64,000 nucleotides of DNA from an uncultured candidatus Porisulfidus sp. (GTDB lineage Bacteria; Pseudomonadota; Gammaproteobacteria; Poriferisulfidales; Poriferisulfidaceae). The notes under the pieces are model-generated. The model made no database searches and was not told where the DNA came from. It saw only the letters and a list, made by a program, of their open reading frames with translations. The position numbers and the translations under genes are program-made. Numbering within the stretch: the first letter of the stretch is position 1; every line of letters begins with the position of its first letter. Location: the NCBI GenBank assembly GCA_965116525.1, contig OZ220694.1, forward strand, positions 407,490 to 471,489. The letters are read 5' to 3'. Of this stretch, positions 48,174 through 58,048 are shown one piece after another.

Positions 48174-48202
48174 AATATAACTTACAAGTTATATGCTGTC
48201 AA
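48174..48202 (-). promoter_or_regulatory. Sigma70 promoter with an overlapping palindromic operator
   Basis: Minus strand TTGACA-N17-TATATT; perfect inverted repeat ATATAACTT-AC-AAGTTATAT at 48175-48194. Confidence 0.8.
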
Positions 48203-48257
48203 GGTTGTGCCCTAGGTCGTCGCCACCCCTGCTGGAAATTCACCCAGCAACTCAGAT

Positions 48258-49040
48258 TCAGTCGGAATGCTTCTCGCGGATGATGCCGCGCCGGCTCTCG
48301 GCGATGAACGCCCGCATCTGCTCCACTTCCGGGTACTGCCCGGCCAATTGGCTGACTTCTTCCTCCGGCTGCCCGCCGGACACGCGAATCATCAGCTTGT
48401 AGGCCCGCGCCAACGCTTCCATCGTCTCCTCGGAGAAACCGGCCCGGCGCAACCCTTCCCGGTTGAGCCCGTACGGACGGGCCAGGTTGCCCGACGCCAG
48501 CACGAAAGGCGGCAAGTCCTTGTTCAGGGCGGTTCCCATTCCGCTGAACGCATAGCGCCCGACGCGACAGAACTGGTGCACCAGGGTGAACCCGCCCAGG
48601 ATCGCATGGTCCTGGACCTCGACATGGCCCGCCAGCGTTGCGCCGTTGGCGAACGTCGTGTCGTCCCCGATCACGCAGTCGTGCGCGATGTGCACATACG
48701 CCATGATCCAGTTGTGATTCCCGACCTGGGTGCGGTTGTGGCCCTGGGCCGTGCCGCAGTTCAGGGTCACGAATTCGCGGATGGTGTTGCCGTCGCCGAT
48801 CACCAGCTCGCTTTCCTCGCCCGCGTATTTCTTGTCCTGCGGAACCTCGCCGACGGAGGCGAACTGGAAGATCCGGTTCTCCCGGCCCACGGTGGTGCGC
48901 CCGGTGACCACGGCGTGCGGGCCGACCCAGGTGTCGGCGCCGATGCGCACGTGCGGGCCGATGACCGCGTACGGGCCGATTTCCGCCGTGGGGTCGATCT
49001 CCGCCCCGGCGTCCACCACGGCCGTCGGATGAATGCTCAA
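48258..49040 (-). CDS. lpxA: UDP-N-acetylglucosamine acyltransferase
   Basis: IHPTAVV, hexapeptide repeats, GEVPQD.KY, IREFVT, HIAHDC and DLPPF; start probably TTG 49040. Confidence 0.96.
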   Translation of the reverse strand: MSIHPTAVVDAGAEIDPTAEIGPYAVIGPHVRIGADTWVGPHAVVTGRTTVGRENRIFQFASVGEVPQDKKYAGEESELVIGDGNTIREFVTLNCGTAQGHNRTQVGNHNWIMAYVHIAHDCVIGDDTTFANGATLAGHVEVQDHAILGGFTLVHQFCRVGRYAFSGMGTALNKDLPPFVLASGNLARPYGLNREGLRRAGFSEETMEALARAYKLMIRVSGGQPEEEVSQLAGQYPEVEQMRAFIAESRRGIIREKHSD

Positions 49041-49054
49041 AGCTCGAAGTCCGG

Positions 49055-49513
49055 TTACGCCTCTGGCGGCAGTTCTTTGAACATGCACATGATCCCGGCG
49101 CTGGCAACCAGCTCGCCATCGACCCGGGCCGCGGCATCGAACGATGCGCAGTTCCGGCGCATCCACGTCAGCTTGACGTCCACCGTCAACTGGTCGCCGG
49201 GCACCACCGTCTTCTTGAAGCGGGCCTTATCGATCCCGACCAGCATGTACAGGTTGTCACCCTTCGGATAGGACTCCGGCGATTTGAACACCAGCAGACC
49301 CGAAGCCTGAGCCATCACCTCCAGGATCAGGACGCCCGGAAAGATCGGGATTCCGGGAAAGTGCCCCTGGAAACACGGCTCGTCCGCCGTGATGTTCTTG
49401 ACGACCTGGATCGACGTCCCGGTCTCCAGTTCCAGGATCCGGTCCACCAGCAGAAACGGATAGCGGTGCGGCAGCAGTCGCTGGATTTCCTGGATGTCAA
49501 AACCCTCGCTCAC
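49055..49513 (-). CDS. fabZ: 3-hydroxyacyl-ACP dehydratase
   Basis: LPHRYPFLLVD, F.GHFP..P.FPGVLI.E.MAQ and RFK..V.PGD. Confidence 0.96.
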   Translation of the reverse strand: MSEGFDIQEIQRLLPHRYPFLLVDRILELETGTSIQVVKNITADEPCFQGHFPGIPIFPGVLILEVMAQASGLLVFKSPESYPKGDNLYMLVGIDKARFKKTVVPGDQLTVDVKLTWMRRNCASFDAAARVDGELVASAGIMCMFKELPPEA

Positions 49514-50529
49514 GACTTGTCTCCTTCCTTCAAGGCTCGGATGATCCGGTCCAATTGCTTGAAGCGCGCCACGTTACGCAGCCAGTCCGCATTTTCCTGG
49601 ATGGATGTGCCGGAACTGTACGCCCCGGCGCGGGTCAATGTCTGGTTTGCCTTGGACATACCGGTAATGATAACCCCATCGGCCAACTCCACGTGGCCCT
49701 GCACGCCGGCGGCCCCTCCGATCTGGCAGTAGCGGCCGATCCGTGCACTGCCCGCAATACCCGCATTGCCGGCAATCGCGGAATGATCGCCGATCTGCAC
49801 GTTGTGCGCGATCTGCACCAGATTGTCGATCTTGACCCCGCAACCGATCACGGTGTCGTCCAGCATGCCGCGGTCGATGGTGCTGTTGGAACCGATCTCG
49901 CAGTCGTCCCCGATCCGCACGCCGCCACGGTGCGTCAACTTGACCCACCGCCGGTCCTCCTGGGCATAGCCGAAACCGTCGGACCCGACCACCACGCCAG
50001 GCCAGAACTCGACCCGATCGCCGACTCGGACTCCCTCGCGCAAGGTAATCCGGGCATGCAGGACGCAGCCCTCGCCCAAAGTCACGCCTTCGCCGATCAC
50101 GCAGTGCGGCCCCAGCACGCTGCCTGCGCCGATGCGGGCGTTCGCCCCCACCACACAGCCGAAATCCACCCGCACCGGCGCCTCCAACTGCGCGCTGTCA
50201 TCGACGACGGCGCCAGGATGGATCGCATGCGTCACTTCAGAGGGTGGGTACAGGGCCTGCAGCACCCGTGCCATGCCGAGATAAGGGTCTTCGCAGGACA
50301 GCGACGGTACCGGGCAGTGCTCCCGGTCCGACTCGCGCAGCAGCACCGCGCTTGCCCGGGTCTGTTGCAGCTCAGCCCGATGGCGGGCGTGGCTGTAGAA
50401 GGAAATGGAGCCGGGTCCGGCGGCGCTCAGGGAGGCCACGTGGTCAATGCAAAGATCCGGAGCCGGTAGAGGATCGGGGATCCGGGCGTTCGCGATTTCC
50501 GCGATCTGACCCAGGGTCAGAGACACCAC
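49510..50529 (-). CDS. lpxD: UDP-3-O-acylglucosamine N-acyltransferase
   Basis: Hexapeptide repeats, G.DGFGYA, IDRG.LDDT and KIDNLVQIAHNV. Confidence 0.95.
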   Translation of the reverse strand: MVSLTLGQIAEIANARIPDPLPAPDLCIDHVASLSAAGPGSISFYSHARHRAELQQTRASAVLLRESDREHCPVPSLSCEDPYLGMARVLQALYPPSEVTHAIHPGAVVDDSAQLEAPVRVDFGCVVGANARIGAGSVLGPHCVIGEGVTLGEGCVLHARITLREGVRVGDRVEFWPGVVVGSDGFGYAQEDRRWVKLTHRGGVRIGDDCEIGSNSTIDRGMLDDTVIGCGVKIDNLVQIAHNVQIGDHSAIAGNAGIAGSARIGRYCQIGGAAGVQGHVELADGVIITGMSKANQTLTRAGAYSSGTSIQENADWLRNVARFKQLDRIIRALKEGDKS

Positions 50530-50534
50530 ATCGA

Positions 50535-51050
50535 TTAGGGATTATTCATCTTCTTGAGCACCCGGTCCGTGATATCGATGCGCTTGCTGGCGTATAGGCT
50601 CACGGCCTGGGTAAGAATCAAGTCGAATCCCTCTTCGCTCGCGATCTCGGCCACCACGGTATTGACTTCGTCCTGCAGCTTCCCGAGTTCCTCGTTGCGG
50701 CGGATCGCCAAGTCCTCGCGTACTTCGTCGCGCTTGCGCTCAAAATCGCGGCGCCGGCGTTGCACTTCCCGTTCCTGCTCGAGCCGATTCTCTTCCGACA
50801 TCACGTCGCTTTCGTTCGCCAGATTCTGGGCCAGCTCGCTCACTTCTTTATGGAGCTTCTCCAGCTCCTCATTCCGGGGTGCGAATTCGTTCTGCAATTT
50901 CTGCCGGGCCGCTACCGCCTGGGGAGAATCCTCCAGAAGGCGTCCGACGTCCACGAATCCGACTTTCGCGTTCTGCGCGGCGACCGTGCCGCTCATGGCA
51001 ATCAGCGTCACGCCAATCACATGTGCCCAGAAAATGGATGGTTTTTTCAT
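50535..51050 (-). CDS. skp: Periplasmic chaperone Skp/OmpH
   Basis: Signal peptide, KVGFVDV, long coiled coil, GFDLIL and DIT..VL. Confidence 0.9.
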   Translation of the reverse strand: MKKPSIFWAHVIGVTLIAMSGTVAAQNAKVGFVDVGRLLEDSPQAVAARQKLQNEFAPRNEELEKLHKEVSELAQNLANESDVMSEENRLEQEREVQRRRRDFERKRDEVREDLAIRRNEELGKLQDEVNTVVAEIASEEGFDLILTQAVSLYASKRIDITDRVLKKMNNP

Positions 51051-51088
51051 AAATCGTGCTCCTATTCTTTTAATTTTACACGGTTGGC

Positions 51089-53437
51089 CTAGAGCGACCC
51101 CAGATTGAACTGGAACGACTCCGTCTTGTCCGTCTCGTGATCGTTGAGATGCGTCGACAGGCTCATCGAGATGCCGCCGAGCGGCGACAGCCAGGACAGG
51201 CCGATTCCGACCGATCCCCGCATCTCCTGAACGTCAAAATCCTCCGCATCGGGGAATACGTAGCCTGAATCCACGAATACGGCCCCGCGCAGGTTGGCCT
51301 CGTCGATGAACGGGATCGGGAACGACAGTTCGAGCGAATAACCCAGCTTTAAGTTCCCGCCGAACGGCTCGTCGAACTCGTCGCGGGGCGAGAGCGTGTT
51401 CAATTCGTAGCCGCGGACGCTCTTCGGGCCGCCGATCACGAACTTCTGCGCGAACGGCAGGTCGTCGGTGTCTCCGTAGCCGTCCCCGTAGGCGGCCTCG
51501 CCCTTGATCGCGAAGGTCAGGTCCTCGGTCACCTTCAGGTATTCCTCCTGGATGTAGGACAGGGTGTAGTATTCTTGCCCGCTGCCCGGCAGCGTCGCCT
51601 GCGCCGAGACCCGGCGCAGCGAGCCTTCGCGGGTGAACAGGCTGCGGTCGCGGGTGTCGTAGGCGAAGGAGCCGATCAGCGACAGGTTGTAGTACGTGAC
51701 GTCGCAGTAGATCGGGTTGTTGCTGGCGAACGAGACCTCGATCTCCTCCACGAACAGGCAATCGCCGTCGTGATCCGCGAGGAATTTCCGCACCAGGAAA
51801 GACGAGCCGGTTCCTGCGTCGAAGTTGATCCTCTGGAAGCGGGTGGCGAACGTGAACGTGCTGTCCTCGGAAATCGGGATGCCGTAGCTCAGGTAGCCCA
51901 GGAAGTCGTGTGATTCGTACTGGGTGCGCTGGTCGCCGCCGTCTCCCGTGTCCACCTTGCGCGTGCTGAAGCCGAAGCTGCGGCTGACGCCGTTGATGGT
52001 GTAGTACGGATTGTAGAAATCGAAGGAATAGCGGGTGGAGATCTCGCTGTTGTCGAAGTGGATTCCGACCCGGTTGCCGGTGCCGAAGAAGTTCTCCTGC
52101 TCCACGCCGGCCGCCAGCGACAGGCCGCTGCCGCTGCTGAATCCGGCGCCGGCGGTGAAGTTGCCGGCCAGACGCTCCGTGACGGTGACCGTCAGGTCGA
52201 CCTGATCGTTGGTGCCCGGGACCCGGGTCTGCGTGATTTCCACGGTGTCGATGTACGCCAGGCGCTGCAGGCGCCGACGCGACTTCTCCAGCTTCTGCGA
52301 CGACATCCAGGCGCCTTCCATCTGCCGCATCTCCCGGCGCAGCACCTCGTCCTGGGTGGTGTAGTTGCCCATGATGTCGATCCGCCGCACATACACCCGC
52401 TGGCCCGGATCGATGAAGAAGTTGATCGCCACCTCGCCGGTCTCCTCGTCGAGATCGGTGACCGGGTTGACCTTGGCGAAGGAATAGCCTTCCTCGCCCA
52501 GCCGGGCCTTCAGGCGGCTGCTCGAGGTCTGCGCCCGGGAGCTGGAGAAGTACTGGCCCGCCTGGATGGTCAGCAGCGAAGTCAACTCTCCCTGCGGCAC
52601 GATGAAGATGCCGGACAGCGACACCTCGCGCACCACGAAGCGCTGGCCCTCGTTGATGTGAACCGTGACGTAGATGCCCTCGCGGTCCGGACTCAGCGAA
52701 ATCTGTGCCGAATCCACCCGGAACTTCAGGAACCCGCGGTTCAGGTAGAACGAACGCAGCCGCTCCAGGTCGCCCGACAGCTGCAACTTGGAATACTTGC
52801 CCGTGTTGCCCATGATGTCGTACCAAGCCGGCTCGGAAGACTCGAACAGTTCCAGCAGCCGCTCTTCGGTGTAGGAGACGTTGCCGACCACGTGCACCTG
52901 CCGGATGGTTGCCGGCTCGCCCTCCACCACGTTGATATGGATCGCTACCCGGTTCGCGCCCATGTCGACGACCTCGATCACAACCTCCGCGTTGTAGAAG
53001 CCGATGGCGTGGTACTGCTGCAGGACCTCGTTGTGGAGACGGTCCAGCAGCGGCTGGTTGAAGATCCGTCCGGCTGCGATGCCGGCATCCTCCAGCACTT
53101 CCTCCAGGGTTTCTACCTTGAGAACCTCAAGACCGTCGAAGGCCATTTCGGTGATGGCCGGGCGTTCCACCACCGTGACCACCAGCACGTTGCCGCGGCG
53201 CGACACCTGCACGTCGCTGAACAGCTCGGACTTGAACAGCGCCCGCACCACCTCGCTCGTCCGGGACACGTCGAAATCCTCGCCCACCTCAACCGGCAGA
53301 TAAGTAAACACGGTGGCCGCCTCCAAGCGCTGCAAACCCTGCAGTTCGATGTCTTCCACCACGAACGCAAACGCCTGCGGCACCGCCAGCATCAGGGCGA
53401 AAAAGAGCGGAATCGGGGCAGATTTCAACCGAAACAT
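51089..53437 (-). CDS. bamA: Outer membrane protein assembly factor BamA
   Basis: POTRA domains (GLQR, T.DEVLRRE.RQ.EG), SVRGYE..TLSPR and C-terminal FQFNLG. Confidence 0.96.
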   Translation of the reverse strand: MFRLKSAPIPLFFALMLAVPQAFAFVVEDIELQGLQRLEAATVFTYLPVEVGEDFDVSRTSEVVRALFKSELFSDVQVSRRGNVLVVTVVERPAITEMAFDGLEVLKVETLEEVLEDAGIAAGRIFNQPLLDRLHNEVLQQYHAIGFYNAEVVIEVVDMGANRVAIHINVVEGEPATIRQVHVVGNVSYTEERLLELFESSEPAWYDIMGNTGKYSKLQLSGDLERLRSFYLNRGFLKFRVDSAQISLSPDREGIYVTVHINEGQRFVVREVSLSGIFIVPQGELTSLLTIQAGQYFSSSRAQTSSSRLKARLGEEGYSFAKVNPVTDLDEETGEVAINFFIDPGQRVYVRRIDIMGNYTTQDEVLRREMRQMEGAWMSSQKLEKSRRRLQRLAYIDTVEITQTRVPGTNDQVDLTVTVTERLAGNFTAGAGFSSGSGLSLAAGVEQENFFGTGNRVGIHFDNSEISTRYSFDFYNPYYTINGVSRSFGFSTRKVDTGDGGDQRTQYESHDFLGYLSYGIPISEDSTFTFATRFQRINFDAGTGSSFLVRKFLADHDGDCLFVEEIEVSFASNNPIYCDVTYYNLSLIGSFAYDTRDRSLFTREGSLRRVSAQATLPGSGQEYYTLSYIQEEYLKVTEDLTFAIKGEAAYGDGYGDTDDLPFAQKFVIGGPKSVRGYELNTLSPRDEFDEPFGGNLKLGYSLELSFPIPFIDEANLRGAVFVDSGYVFPDAEDFDVQEMRGSVGIGLSWLSPLGGISMSLSTHLNDHETDKTESFQFNLGSL

Positions 53438-53441
53438 CAGG

Positions 53442-54800
53442 TTATCCCAGCAATCGGGCTAGGTCATTGTAAAGGGCAAGCCCCATCAATGCCGCCAGCA
53501 TGGCCACGCCAAGACGCTGGCCGACGGCTTCGACCTGCGGCGACACCGGCCGGCCGGTCAGCGCTTCGGCCAGGCAATACAGCAAATGCCCCCCGTCCAG
53601 GATCGGGATCGGAAGGAGGTTGAGAACCCCCAGGCTGACGCTCAACAGGGCCAGCATGGACAGGAATGCCGCCATCCCGATCATGGCCGACGTCCCGGCG
53701 AATTCGGCGATGCCGACCGGCCCGCTGATGTTCTTGACCGATGCGCCCCCGATGAGCAGTTGCCCGATCAGGCGGACGGTCAGGACGCTGAAGTCCCAGG
53801 TCCGCTCCGCGCCCAGCACCAGGCTCTCCCCGACCGGATGGCGCACGACAACACTCAGGCGCTCCGCCAGGACCGGGTCGCGGTATGCGGTCACGCCGAT
53901 CCGGCCGACCGGCGTGCCGGAATCGTCCATCGCCTCGATGCGGATCTCCTGGTGCAGGCGCTGCCCGTCCCGTTCGATCTCGACCGCTACGGCCTGGCCC
54001 GGTCGTGCGCGGATATACTCCGACATCCCCTCCCAGGTCGCCACCGGGGTCTCGTCGAGACGCACGATGCGGTCGCCGCCGCGCAAGCCGGCCGCCTCGG
54101 CCGGTGTGCCGCCCAGAACGGTACCGATCGCGGAGGTGGATGTCGAGCGCAGCGGGCTCATCCCGAGCGTGCCGAACACGTTCTCGTTCTTCAACAGTCC
54201 CGGACCCACGTCGATCACCGGGTGTGCCACGCTGCCGTCCTCGCGGCGGACTTCCATGGCGATGACGCCGTCGCCGAGCCCGGAGTCCAGCAGCGGCACG
54301 ATGAAGGCCTGCCAGGTCTGGATCGGCCGGCCGCCGACGGACAGCACTTCGTCGCCGGGGAGAAGGCCCGCGGCCGCGGCCGGCGATCCCTCCACCACAT
54401 GGCCGACCAGCGGACGCCGCCCGGTCTCGCCCGCCATGAACACCAGGGAGTAAAGCAGGAAAGCCAGCAGCAGGTTGAACAGCGGCCCGGCGGCGATGAT
54501 CGCCGCCCGCTGGTACAGCGGCTTTCCGGTGAACTCGACTTCCCGGAGATCCTCCGGGACCTCCCCGGCCTCGCGCTTGTCCAGCATCTTCACGTACCCG
54601 CCGAACGGCAGGACGGAAATCACCCACTCGGTCCCGGTGCGCGGCGAAACATGGCACCACAGCGGCCGGCCGAAGCCGACCGAGAACCGCAGCACCTTCA
54701 CGCCGCAGCGGCGGGCCACCCAGTAGTGCCCGAACTCGTGGAACGTCACGAGCACGGCAATGGCGATCAGGAAGGCCGCCAGGCTGATCAGGAAACTCAC
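53442..54800 (-). CDS. rseP: Regulator of sigma-E protease
   Basis: HEFGH, FSVGFG, GGYVKM, two PDZ domains, ISGPVGI and NLLPIPILDGGH. Confidence 0.96.
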   Translation of the reverse strand: MSFLISLAAFLIAIAVLVTFHEFGHYWVARRCGVKVLRFSVGFGRPLWCHVSPRTGTEWVISVLPFGGYVKMLDKREAGEVPEDLREVEFTGKPLYQRAAIIAAGPLFNLLLAFLLYSLVFMAGETGRRPLVGHVVEGSPAAAAGLLPGDEVLSVGGRPIQTWQAFIVPLLDSGLGDGVIAMEVRREDGSVAHPVIDVGPGLLKNENVFGTLGMSPLRSTSTSAIGTVLGGTPAEAAGLRGGDRIVRLDETPVATWEGMSEYIRARPGQAVAVEIERDGQRLHQEIRIEAMDDSGTPVGRIGVTAYRDPVLAERLSVVVRHPVGESLVLGAERTWDFSVLTVRLIGQLLIGGASVKNISGPVGIAEFAGTSAMIGMAAFLSMLALLSVSLGVLNLLPIPILDGGHLLYCLAEALTGRPVSPQVEAVGQRLGVAMLAALMGLALYNDLARLLG

Positions 54801-55963
54801 AGCGCTTCTATGACTTGCCGGGCGCAGGCACGCGCCTCGCCGTCCACGCCGATGATGTCGTCGATTCCGCCCGGCTCGCCGGCGGAAATCTCTCCCAGTG
54901 TCCGTTCCACCACTTCCGCGATCTGCGGGAAACGGATGCGCTCCTGCAGGAACCCGTCGACCGCGACCTCATTGGCCGCATTCAACACGATCGGCGCCGG
55001 TCCGCCCGCCTGCATCGCCTGGCGTGCCAGCTCCAGGCAGGGATAGCGCCCGGGCGGCGGCGGATACCAGTTCAGCGGCGCGCACTCCGCCAGGTTCAGG
55101 GATTCGACCCCGGAAGGCAGGCGCTGCGGCCCGAACAGGGCATAGCTGATGGCGACGCGCATGTCGGCCGGCCCCAGGTGAGCCAGCGTGGAACCGTCGC
55201 GCAGGGTCAGTAAGGCATGAACGATCGACTCTGGATGGATCACGGCGTCGACCCGGTCGGCCTCCAGGCCGAACAGCCAGCGCGCTTCCATCAGTTCCAG
55301 CCCCTTGTTCATCATGGTCGCGGAGTCCACGGAAATCTTCCGCCCCATCTTCCAGTTCGGGTGCGCGCACGCCTGGTCCGGGGTGACCGCGTCGAGCTGC
55401 TCCAGCGGGGTCTCGCGGAACGGCCCGCCCGAGGCGGTCAGGGTCGCGCGTTCGATGGCCTCGGGGTCGGTCTGCGCCAGGCACTGGAACAGCGCGTTGT
55501 GCTCGCTGTCGACCGGGACCAGTTCGCAATCGTGTTGGCGCACTTCGTCCATAAACAACTGCCCACCCGCCACCAGCGACTCCTTGTTGGCGAGCAGCAC
55601 CCTCCGCCCGGACCGCACCGCGGCCAGCGTCGGCACCAGCCCCGCCAGCCCGACGATCCCGGCCATCACGCAGTCGGCGCGCGTATCGCCCGACAGATCG
55701 CGCAGTTCGTCCTCTCCCTGGAGGACCTCGGTGTCAATTTGCTCCGCACGCAACGCATCCCGCAGGCTTTGCGCCGCCTCCGCATTGGCCAGGGCGGCAT
55801 AGCGAGGCCGGTGCCGGCGGCATTGTTCGAGCACGGTCGAATGGTCCGAGTTCGCGGCCAGCGCAAACACTTCGACGTGATCCGGGTGGCGCTCGGCGAG
55901 ATCCAGCGTATTGATGCCGATCGTGCCCGATGATCCGAGTACCGTCAGTCGCATCCCGCTCAT
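54797..55963 (-). CDS. dxr: 1-deoxy-D-xylulose-5-phosphate reductoisomerase
   Basis: LGSSGTIG, LANKESLV, PVDSEHNA, HPNWKMG.KISVDSATMMNKGLE and NAANEVAV; start at ATG 55963. Confidence 0.96.
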   Translation of the reverse strand: MSGMRLTVLGSSGTIGINTLDLAERHPDHVEVFALAANSDHSTVLEQCRRHRPRYAALANAEAAQSLRDALRAEQIDTEVLQGEDELRDLSGDTRADCVMAGIVGLAGLVPTLAAVRSGRRVLLANKESLVAGGQLFMDEVRQHDCELVPVDSEHNALFQCLAQTDPEAIERATLTASGGPFRETPLEQLDAVTPDQACAHPNWKMGRKISVDSATMMNKGLELMEARWLFGLEADRVDAVIHPESIVHALLTLRDGSTLAHLGPADMRVAISYALFGPQRLPSGVESLNLAECAPLNWYPPPPGRYPCLELARQAMQAGGPAPIVLNAANEVAVDGFLQERIRFPQIAEVVERTLGEISAGEPGGIDDIIGVDGEARACARQVIEAL

Positions 55964-56766
55964 ATCGCCACCACCCCCTGCAGCACCTGGATGCCCAGGG
56001 CATACGCCGGCATCGCGGCCAGCAAGCCGTCGGCCCGGTCCAGGACGCCGCCGTGCCCGGGCAGGAGCCGGCCGCTGTCCTTGACGTTCGCGCGGCGCTT
56101 GAGCAGGCTGACCGTCAGGTCCCCGACCACGCTGAAGCAGGCCGTCAGAAGCGCCAGGCAGACAAAATAGAACCAGGTGGACGGGGGAAGGTTCAGGCCC
56201 CACGCGATCGGGAGGCTAACCGCCGCCACGGCCAGCAGGGCACCGATGAGTCCGGCGTGAGTCTTTCCCGGGGAAATCTCCGGCGCCAACGCAGTCTTCC
56301 CGTAGCGTCGACCGACGAGGTAGGCCGCCGTATCCGCCACGATCACCACTGCCAGAAACGCCCACGCAAATGGTCCTAAAAAAGCCACCAGGATCAAACC
56401 CGCTACCGGAATTGCCACCAAACCCAGCATACCAAAAAACGGCGCCTCAGCCGTGCGCGGGAACGGCACGCCCGCGATGCGCAGCAATGCGACGATCCAC
56501 AGCCCGAGCACCAGCCAGAGCGCCGCCACGAGGGTCGGCGACAACAGGATCCACGTCAGCCCCACGCCGACCGCCAAATAGACGACCCGCCACGGACTCC
56601 CCAACCCGAGCAGCCCGGCCCATTCCCAGACCGCCGCCGCGCACGCCACGGCAACGAAAAGCATCCAGGGGCCGGGGCCGACACCGGTCTCGTTCAGAAC
56701 CAGCGCGCCTCCCACCACCCCCAGCAGGACCGCGGCCGTGCCGACGCGCTTCGCAAGCTCGCTCAT
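55960..56766 (-). CDS. cdsA: Phosphatidate cytidylyltransferase
   Basis: DTAAY..G..YGK..LAP.ISPGKT and GDL..S.LKR...VKDSG..LPGHGG.LDR.D. Confidence 0.93.
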   Translation of the reverse strand: MSELAKRVGTAAVLLGVVGGALVLNETGVGPGPWMLFVAVACAAAVWEWAGLLGLGSPWRVVYLAVGVGLTWILLSPTLVAALWLVLGLWIVALLRIAGVPFPRTAEAPFFGMLGLVAIPVAGLILVAFLGPFAWAFLAVVIVADTAAYLVGRRYGKTALAPEISPGKTHAGLIGALLAVAAVSLPIAWGLNLPPSTWFYFVCLALLTACFSVVGDLTVSLLKRRANVKDSGRLLPGHGGVLDRADGLLAAMPAYALGIQVLQGVVAI

Positions 56767-57473
56767 CCGACGCTACCTCCGTAACGCCGCTCGCGCGCGG
56801 CGAACCACTCCAGCGCCCGGTCGAATTCCTTATCGTCGAAGTCCGGCCACAGGCAGTCGGTGAAGTACAACTCCGTGTACGCCAGCTGCCACAGCAGGAA
56901 ATTGCTCACCCGGAACTCGCCGCCGGTGCGGATCAGCAGGTCCGGGTCCGGTAGTCCCCCGGTGCCGAGTGCTTTCGACATCTCCGCCTCACCGATGGCG
57001 TCGGCGCCTGCCTCCTGGCAGTGCCGGAATGCGGACAGCAAATCCTGGCGCCCGCCGTAGTGCAGCGCCACGCACAGGGTCAGGCTCGGCTCGGCCGGAG
57101 CCTGCGCCTCGATCCGCCGGATGCGCGACCGGATCTTCGGCGACAGTCGGTCCAGTTCGCCGATGAAGCGTAATTCGATTCCCTGCTCCATGAGTTCGCG
57201 GGCCTGGGCATCCAGGGTCTCGACCAGCAGGCTCATCAGCAGTTCCACCTGAGGCTTGGGCCGCTTGCGGTTCTCGCTGCTGAACGCGAACAGGGTAAGA
57301 ATCGATATCCCGCGCCGTGCGGCATGCTCGACCAGGGCCCGGGTGGCCGCAATGCCGGCGCGGTAGCCGGCCTCATGGGATTTCTTGCGCTGGCGCGCCC
57401 AGCGGCGGTTGCCGTCCGGGATCAGCGCGACGTGAACCGGGAGGCCAGACTGCGGCGGAGTGAATTCGTGCAC
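56763..57473 (-). CDS. uppS: Undecaprenyl diphosphate synthase
   Basis: HVALIPDGNRRWA, FAFSSEN.KR, YGGR, DPDLLIRTGGE.R.SNFLLWQ.AY.E and RRYGG. Confidence 0.95.
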   Translation of the reverse strand: MHEFTPPQSGLPVHVALIPDGNRRWARQRKKSHEAGYRAGIAATRALVEHAARRGISILTLFAFSSENRKRPKPQVELLMSLLVETLDAQARELMEQGIELRFIGELDRLSPKIRSRIRRIEAQAPAEPSLTLCVALHYGGRQDLLSAFRHCQEAGADAIGEAEMSKALGTGGLPDPDLLIRTGGEFRVSNFLLWQLAYTELYFTDCLWPDFDDKEFDRALEWFAARERRYGGSVG

Positions 57474-57490
57474 TGCTCTCCCGAAAATCC

Positions 57491-58048
57491 TCAGATTTCC
57501 AACAGGGCCTTTTCTTTTTCTGATGCCATCTGCTCCGCCTCTCGGATGGAGTCGTCGGTCAGCTTCTGCACCGCATCCTGGTCGCGGCGCTCATCGTCCT
57601 CGCTGATCTCCTTCTCCTTGAGCAGGTCCTTGAGCATGTGGTTGGCATCGCGCCGGACATTTCGGATTGAGACGCGCGCCTCCTCCAGTGTCTCCTTCAC
57701 ATGCCGCACCTGCACCCGGCGGCGCTCCTCGGTGAGCGGCGGCATCGGCAAACGAATCACCTGCCCCGCCGTGGACGGCGTAATACCCAGATCGGAGTTG
57801 AGCAGCGCCTTCTCCACCGCCTCCACCATGTTCTTCTCCCACACCTGAACCACCAATGTGCGTCCTTCCTCGACCGTCACGCTGCCCACCTGATCGATCG
57901 GCACCTCAGCCCCGTAATACTCCACCTTGACCGGGTCCAGCAGGCTGGGATGGGCGCGGCCGGTGCGGATGCGCGTCAGCGCCTCGCCCAGCACGCCGAG
58001 GCTCTTCTGCATGCGTTCGCGGGCGTCGGCCAGGATTTCCTCACGCAT
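57491..58048 (-). CDS. frr: Ribosome recycling factor
   Basis: [28 protein letters not shown] and ISED. Confidence 0.96.
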   Translation of the reverse strand: MREEILADARERMQKSLGVLGEALTRIRTGRAHPSLLDPVKVEYYGAEVPIDQVGSVTVEEGRTLVVQVWEKNMVEAVEKALLNSDLGITPSTAGQVIRLPMPPLTEERRRVQVRHVKETLEEARVSIRNVRRDANHMLKDLLKEKEISEDDERRDQDAVQKLTDDSIREAEQMASEKEKALLEI

